The position numbers and the translations under genes are program-made. Under the pieces are notes generated by a model, which was not told the origin of the DNA, ran no database searches, and worked only from the letters and a program-made list of their open reading frames with translations. A stretch of 64,000 bases of DNA from assembly GCA_964106915.2 (NCBI GenBank), contig OZ066930.1; one strand, written 5' to 3'. This document shows positions 56,921-64,000 of the stretch, piece by piece. The DNA comes from Podarcis gaigeae (lineage: Eukaryota). How positions within the stretch are numbered: the stretch's first letter is position 1; each line of letters begins with the position of its first letter.

Positions 56921-59246
56921 TGGCTCTAAGTAGCAAAGATACAGGCATGATGTCAGTAGAAGAGCATTGCCTCAAACCAACTATGTGTTCAGGTGTCCCC
57001 CCCACCTTTTCTTAAAAAAATAAATTATTTTAAAGCATTATAAGACGGAACTACTTGCTTCCCTCTCCACTCCCCCCACCCCCCGCCTGGGCTGCGGAGA
57101 GTCTGTGTAATTCCTGAGGGCTTTCCATTGTGTTTGCTTTTTTTTAAAAAAATGCTAATAAAATTAGGATTTCCATTATTTCGGCACCTACTGTCATAAA
57201 TGGTTGTGAGCTAGTGTGATTTCAGGGGGAGAGTGGGGACTTGGACAGCTTGGGTTCAAGTCTTATCTCTGAGGGACTCGCGAGTTCCTTGCTCTCTCTG
57301 TGTGCCACTGCTGTGAACAGAGAGATCCCACATTAATTAGCGCTGCATTGTCATTCACTTCAAGGACACTGGCCTGTTTCATGCAATGGAATGTGTGTGT
57401 GGATTGCCCCAATACCGCTAGGGTGAATCAGGGTGTTCTTGGTCATGTGAGAACTCCTTTGTGAGCAGTGGAACTCTCGTGAATCTGTTAACGCCTCTCA
57501 TTCAGAAAATTGCAGTGTAGAGTGACCAAACACAGTAAAAAAATGATAAAGCAGCCTGTAAATTAGCAACTGCTGTATACAATGCAAATTTTCAGAAATG
57601 GTTAACAAGAACAGAGAGTTAAGCAGTTGATAGTTTAGTTCGGGTTCAGCTGTTCATATTTATTGCAGTAATGCAATAACAGTTTATTAAACAGTTTTGT
57701 CACACCTGAATCAGCTACTTCAGTTCCAGTTCACATAGTAAAATGTAAATATTTATACCACGGTGCTGATTTGGCTCAGCTACACAGAAAAAGCCTGCAA
57801 CAGTTTAGCAAGTTGGAACACGAGGGAAAGAGAGCTAGGGTGACAACAAAAGGAAATGATATATTGACTATAATGTGATGTTGAAAGATGATGAGAAAAT
57901 ATCTAGGTAAAACTGGGGTGGGAGGTACCTAAGCTTTTCTTACCCAGAGATGCTGTTTGGTGAACCCTCCTGAGGACCACATGGCAACAGAGTATGTGCG
58001 GGACTGATGTGGATGTCACACACTTTTTTACGTGCACTGTGCACATGCAATCCCCCCCCCCCGCCAGATATGCAGACCACACAAACATCTACACATAAGT
58101 GTACACATAGCTGCGTTACTGTGGAGGATTTGCTAGATGGTGGGCTCTGAAGTGGGCCATCTTACCTACAAAAGGATCAGAAATATCATGTGATGGCTTC
58201 AGACTCTCCCTCCCATGGGTTCACTTGATGTGTGGTGCATTGCCCAGTATCCCTGGCAGTCTTGGCTCTGGAGAAAGGGAGCCTCAAGCCCAGCCAGCTG
58301 CTGCTCCTCCTGGGTGCCAATTCTGCCTAGTTCTGGCAAAGGGAGAACTGTGAGAATAGGTCTTCCCTATGCAGTCTCACTTCCTCCTTCTGGTGCAATG
58401 TGGGCCTTCCAGAGCACTTGGAAATTTCCATCTGTGGACTGGGTGATGATGCCGCCATTTGTATTATCCAAGTGCTATCTGCAGAGATAGCGGAGGGGAG
58501 AAATGAAACAGAGTCTGTCCATCCCAAGCACTGTTGGCAATCTCCTCTCTGCTTGCTGACAACTCTTTTGAAGAAAACTGACTGTATTACCCAAGCCCTG
58601 ACAAATCTCTTGAGTGATCTGGAGGGTGCACATTTTAGAGGGAGGAGGAAAGTGAAAGCAGTGCAGATTACCTGCTGAGACCCCCTGAACACATTGGACC
58701 CTTTCTAGGTTTGCTGTGGTTTGCTGTGGCAGATGACATAATAGTCTTTATGGCAGATATGACTAACTCTGCTGAAGAACCTAAGAGCCTTGCAAGATTA
58801 TGGGAGGGTGATGGGGCTTAAAATGAATGTGACAAAAAGGGAACTACTAATGAGCACATATAATGAGGAAATAGATAAGGAAAAGTTGGATACACATTTT
58901 TAAATGGTGCTCCCAAATACTTAGGGTTTAAAAATCAATGGGAATTTAAAGAGTTGATGCAAAGATAATGATGTAAATCTGAAGAAACAAATCCAAGAAG
59001 ATCTGGAATCTTAGGGGGGAAAGTAACCACGCCATTATTATAACTAATAAATAAAATTAAAACAGTCTGCCAAGAATTGCATGTGTATTTCAAAACTTTT
59101 TGGCCCCGTGCTGGAAGAATGGCAAAAATTAAGAAGATTCTATTTGGCGAAGGGAAAAGCAAGTGTGACGGAGGCCTCTGTTCCCACTGTACTTATGAGA
59201 TGGTCCAAGTGATGCCTTTTTCTTTCTTTAACATTTTCAGCCTCTT

Positions 59247-59519
59247 AAGGTAAAGGTAAAGGGACCCCTGACCATTAGGTCCAGTCATGACCGAGTCTGG
59301 GGTTGCACGCTCATCTCGCTCTATAGGCCGAGCGAGCCGGCGTTTGTCCGCAGACAGCTTCCGGGTCATGTGGCCAGCATGACTAAGCTGCTTCTGGTGA
59401 ACCAGAGCAGCACACGGAAACGCCGTTTACCTTCCCGCCGGAGCGGTACCTATTTATCTACTTGCACTTTGATGTGCTTTCGAACTGCTAGGTTGGCAGG
59501 AGCAGGGACCGAGCAATGG
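59247..59519 (-). mobile_element. 5'-truncated Sauria SINE (tail subtype B)
   Basis: Colinear with 12457-12826 but lacks the tRNA head; near-identical flanks agcctcttaa (59239) and agccacttaa (59524). Confidence 0.9.
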
Positions 59520-59877
59520 TTAAAGCCACTTAAATACCACCTCTGTGACTGTGCAGTAGAAAAAGTGTTTTAAAATGCACACTGGAACCAAACTGAGTGT
59601 CATAAGGTGCATGCTGTTCCTAGGGTAAGGAGATAAATATGGTTACTCCCATGTAACTTTGACCTAGGTGGGTGATTTAAAAAGAAAAGTTTTCAGAGTG
59701 TGAATAACACTTCATACAAATCATTTTATAATACCAATTCTTCAATGTAGTAAAGGGTGCAAATGAGGGCAAAGACCTGCCCCCAAATCCTCAGCCAGCT
59801 GCTCTCATTATTCATATGATCCAACTTCCTGAAATTTTTTGGTCAGTAGAACCCTATGAATTTTCACCCCAGTTTTC

Positions 59878-59880
<3 letters not shown>

Positions 59881-59960
<80 letters not shown>
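59881..59960. repeat. (TG)n(TA)n compound microsatellite
   Basis: Direct reading. Confidence 0.95.
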
Positions 59961-59962
<2 letters not shown>

Positions 59963-60206
59963 GCCAACATGCTTATGCAGCTGTTTGCAGCTTTATTAAC
60001 TGGTCAGTCATTTGAATGATAGTTTTATGCTTTGTTAAGCTGCCTGGATATTGCAATATATAAATGGTGGTATATAAATGCTTCTGTAAATAAACATTTT
60101 CTTATGGGGCTTAGTTTATAAATCAGTTTACCTGAACAATTCATTAATTTACATAAATATGTAGACAAGAATAAAGTAGTTCTAAAGAAGAGAGCACACT
60201 TGGTGG

Positions 60207-60207
<1 letters not shown>

Positions 60208-60242
<35 letters not shown>
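60208..60242. repeat. (ATT)n microsatellite
   Basis: Direct reading. Confidence 0.95.
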
Positions 60243-60797
60243 CCTTCCTCAACATATGTAGTTCAGAGACCCGCAACATCAGTGGAAGTTGGTTTTGCTG
60301 AGAGGCTGATGCTAGTGTTTCAGAAAGCCTCAGCATAGTGCTTGCCATTTTAATAAATAATGCTATTTAAAAATGTTTCTCAAATTTAAAAACCAGTGGC
60401 CCAGTTTTTTGGGGACACATTTGAAGTAGATCAAAATGTCCTGTCCCCTAAGGTTGAGTGAGGGGATGCTTTAACCATACAATGACAATGAGGCTGTCTG
60501 AAACTACTCTGCAGTGTACAGAAGTCCAGTAGTCTTTTCCTTTCTTCCATTCAGATGTTTATTTTCATAGTCCAAGGTTGTGGTTTTTTGTTTTTAATTT
60601 TCTGCAGCCCTAAACCAGCAGTTGACCTCTAGCCTGCCTGCTGCTTCCAGCTCTTAAAGAGAGGCTATAGGATCCTAGATAAAAACCTCACAATTATTAG
60701 GTGGAGCAGGAAGAAGTCATAATTTTACTCCTTCTCACGGTAGACTAATTGAAATTAATGGATGTGACTAAACTAAGTATTAATTTGAGTGGGTCTA

Positions 60798-60815
60798 CTC
60801 CAACCTTGTATCTAC

Positions 60816-60860
<45 letters not shown>
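60798..60860. repeat. (TG)n microsatellite
   Basis: Direct reading. Confidence 0.95.
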
Positions 60861-60863
<3 letters not shown>

Positions 60864-61939
60864 AATGGTGTGTGGTTAACAGAAACTTCCAAATAATTTA
60901 GTATGAAGATAAATTGTCTAGCTTTTCCACAATAATAATGATAATTACTGTGAAGCTTATGTGGCTTTTAAAGCAACAAATTCAACATGTATTCATAATT
61001 TCTTAGTCATTAAGATGCAGTCTATTTTTATCTTGATTACCAGAGCAGATCACACCCGACTTCACTGTATCAAGAATAATTTCTGCAAGGATAACGCACA
61101 AAAATGAATTCAATTGTAAAGACCCTCACCTTCCAAAAAACAAAAACATCAAACAAATAAACCCCACCTTGCATTAATTGTTCAGAGCTTCAGAAAGTTG
61201 GTGGGTTGCAGAGGCTGTTTGACCTAGCAGTTCAGCTTATAAGACCTTCTCCCTTCAAAGAAAATATTCAAACAAAAGAATGCACTCTGAGATTAATTTT
61301 TAAAAGCTCTGAACTGCTTTCTCCATTTCTTTCAGACCTTGAGAGCCTATGATACTTTCGTGTACTATTTTATTTGTTAATAAGGCTGACTACCTTAGTT
61401 TGGTAGTTTTGGTAAGAGTTCTGGATGGTTCTAGGTTGGGATTTCCTCCCTCTCTGCCACCCCAGTATTTACATGGAAGAAAGCAATATGCTTCTGAATC
61501 TGAATGTACTGTCCTCAAAATCACAAGTTTGCTCACTCCCCTTATTAAAATGTTGCAGCATTGTTGCCATTTGACAGACCTCTTGTGCAATGTGTGTGTA
61601 CAAGCAAAATTGTATTTGGTGGTTCTCTGGACAAGCTGAGCTTCTTTCATTCGTAGACAGAACCCAGTACATGGTTTGTGAGGGTACAGTAGGCAGCCAG
61701 TGCCTGGATGGGAGACTGCCAGGAGACCTGCACATATGCCGCTGTGAGTTCTGTAATGGAAAAGGGTGGGGTATAAAGGTATCAAAATAATCAAATAAAC
61801 AAAATAATGTAGGATTTCAAATTGGCAGTCGGGGGGGAGGGGGGTGATGGCTGTGAAGACTTATCACAGGAGCATATCAGTTTCTATAGCTGTTTGTAAA
61901 CACCCCAAAGGTTTGTGTGAATTTTGCATTAGCATTAGT

Positions 61940-62040
61940 TACAGGTAGGTAGCCGTGTTGATCTGCCGTAGTTGAAACAATACAAAATTTAAAAAATTCC
62001 TTCCAGTAGCACCTTACTGGAAGGAATTTATTTATTTTAT
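61940..62040. mobile_element. Penelope-like terminal fragment with fold-back inversion
   Basis: acaggtaggtagccgtgttg... start, then aaattccttccagta-gcacct-tactggaaggaattt. Confidence 0.7.
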
Positions 62041-64000
62041 TTGCATTATTTTGTTTGCATTAGGATTGTAATTCTTTATATGTATTATAAAATTTGCATA
62101 TACATATTCTGATCCAGGAGCTCCAACACATACCTAGGGATCCTTCATGTGCAAGAACTCCTCTATTTCCATATTTGCAAAGGCTGTGCCATGATTAGGG
62201 CAGTCTTTTGATTATGTTTATATTGCACTGTTTGGAGAAGTGTTTAAATGGTGCCATGAGACGGAGGTGGAATAAGGTCCCTAGGGAAGTTGACATTCTT
62301 CCTCTGTTGAAGACGTTTCAGAAGACTGTAAACTGTTACGCAAAGAGGTGACCACTGCAAAACTTCTGATCTGTCCTGTAATCCTGCATTTCCATGTTTT
62401 TGTGTGTTGCTTGGTATGGCTAGAAAACTGACCAGTGGTACATTTGCTAGCTAGTATTAGTAGTCTGAGGTCAGAGATCATGCAAATCTGTCAGTGTGGG
62501 AATTATGGCTACACTGCAGTAATTAATACACTGCCAGCTGTTGGGAGTTTAATCGCCAACTTTATTTGGATGGCTGATGATTCCCACCAGCAAACAGGGG
62601 GGCAGTCTGTAACAGCAGCTCATGGCATAGTGTTGACCTCAAAACTTCAACAATTTTGTTTCTGCCTATGGCTGAAATTTCACTGCACTGCTAATATTCA
62701 CGGTGTTTTCTTTCCAATAAAATTGTTTGAACTGGCAGTGCTCCTGAGTCAGCAGCGCACTCCAATCTGTGCCAAGACACTGAATGTTCTGTCAACCCCC
62801 CCTCTTTGGGATTTACTTGAGGATTTTAGGCACCTACAGAACGGCAGGGTTCAGTCGTTGTTGCCTTTGGCATGTCTGACCGTAGATGATGATAAATGAG
62901 CAAAGAATGCAAATCTGCTTTCATGAAAAATGGGGTTTTGCTTAAATGGCACACCCTAAATCAGTCCAAATTTGAATGATTTGGTAACAGTGGACTACTT
63001 CTGGCTTGCGAATTCTTCACAAGTAAAATTTCCTTGTAATTTGTTTTTCCTGAAAATACTTCCTTTTGCGTTCGATGTTCAATTTATGTAGGAGTGCTGT
63101 TTTTTTATTCTCCTTCTATTGTGCCTAGGACATGATGTGTTTTTTAATAACAAATGAGAGAGTAAACCAGGCAGCGGGACTTCACCAAGAGAAGTTCCTG
63201 GGGATTGTTCTCACTGCTTCTATTATACATAATATTATCTTAGCACAATGAAGCTTTGAAACATTTTGGGTGTAGGCTTTAGCTTTTATGTCATTCTATT
63301 AATCAAGCTGTTTCCCCCTATCCTATGTCTCTGTGTGCATAAGTAATTGGATCTATTTTAGCTCAATTATCCTGAATCCTTAGGAGTGTTGATAGTTTTG
63401 TTTACTTGTTCTCAGGTGGTGGTGGGGAGGAATTAGAAGTTGTAGTTTTGAGGAACACACTTTATAATTCTTTCTGGTTCTCTGGTTTTTATCTTTTGGA
63501 AGCCAGCTCTATAGAAAGCACATCCCCGTTACACTGTAAACCTGGAGTGCCTGAACTGGCTAATTCTTGCCTTTCATGTGCTTCTTGCAGCATGATAGGC
63601 ACTTCTGTGTGATGCGATGCTATTCTTCAGGGTCCTGTGTATGAGTAATGTGAGTACATGGATGGGGCCGATTGCATGTGGCTCTCCCATGGAATTAATT
63701 GGGGTTCCAGCTCCATGGGAAGGACCCAACAGGATCCTGTTCCCCTGCTCCCAAGTTGTGTTACTAACATGTGCAGTCCTACAGAGAGTGAAATTGCAGG
63801 AAATGAAAGTAGATCCTACTTGCTGGAGCATATTTAAATGCCTTAATGGCAGCACCTCTCACGGCTGGGGAGAAGAGTGTTGAATAGTAAACTGTTAACT
63901 ATGATTGACCATGAATGTACCAACAAAACCTTTATAGGAAATTCTTAGGTTAATCATACCCATTCAACCAAATATTTTTTAATTCCCTGCAAGGAGAAGA

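Overview
This is vertebrate genomic DNA, not prokaryotic. The repeat content (Sauria-type SINEs, a BovB/RTE 3' end, CAGTGGTACC-ended MITEs) points to a squamate, probably a lacertid lizard. The whole window lies inside the MED13L gene (Mediator kinase-module subunit) on the + strand. Three coding exons are visible with canonical AG/GT boundaries: 5464-5701 (238 nt), 41679-41763 (85 nt) and 44213-44296 (84 nt). They splice in frame to [11 protein letters not shown]...KDEKPINK(S) and correspond to exons 2-4. Everything else is intron: six Sauria SINEs of two subtypes, other tRNA-derived SINEs, Tc1/mariner-like and hAT MITEs, L2/CR1/BovB/DIRS/Penelope/LTR fragments, microsatellites and several candidate enhancers. 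None of the listed six-frame ORFs is a real gene. I do not see a demonstrably new biological system. The best leads are an LTR-like insert flanked by a ~108-bp duplication, Penelope-derived minimal hammerhead ribozyme motifs and a fold-back, inverted repeat pairs that could drive dsRNA or back-splicing, and an RFX X-box element. Repeat-family names come from recalled consensus patterns, not from a database search.
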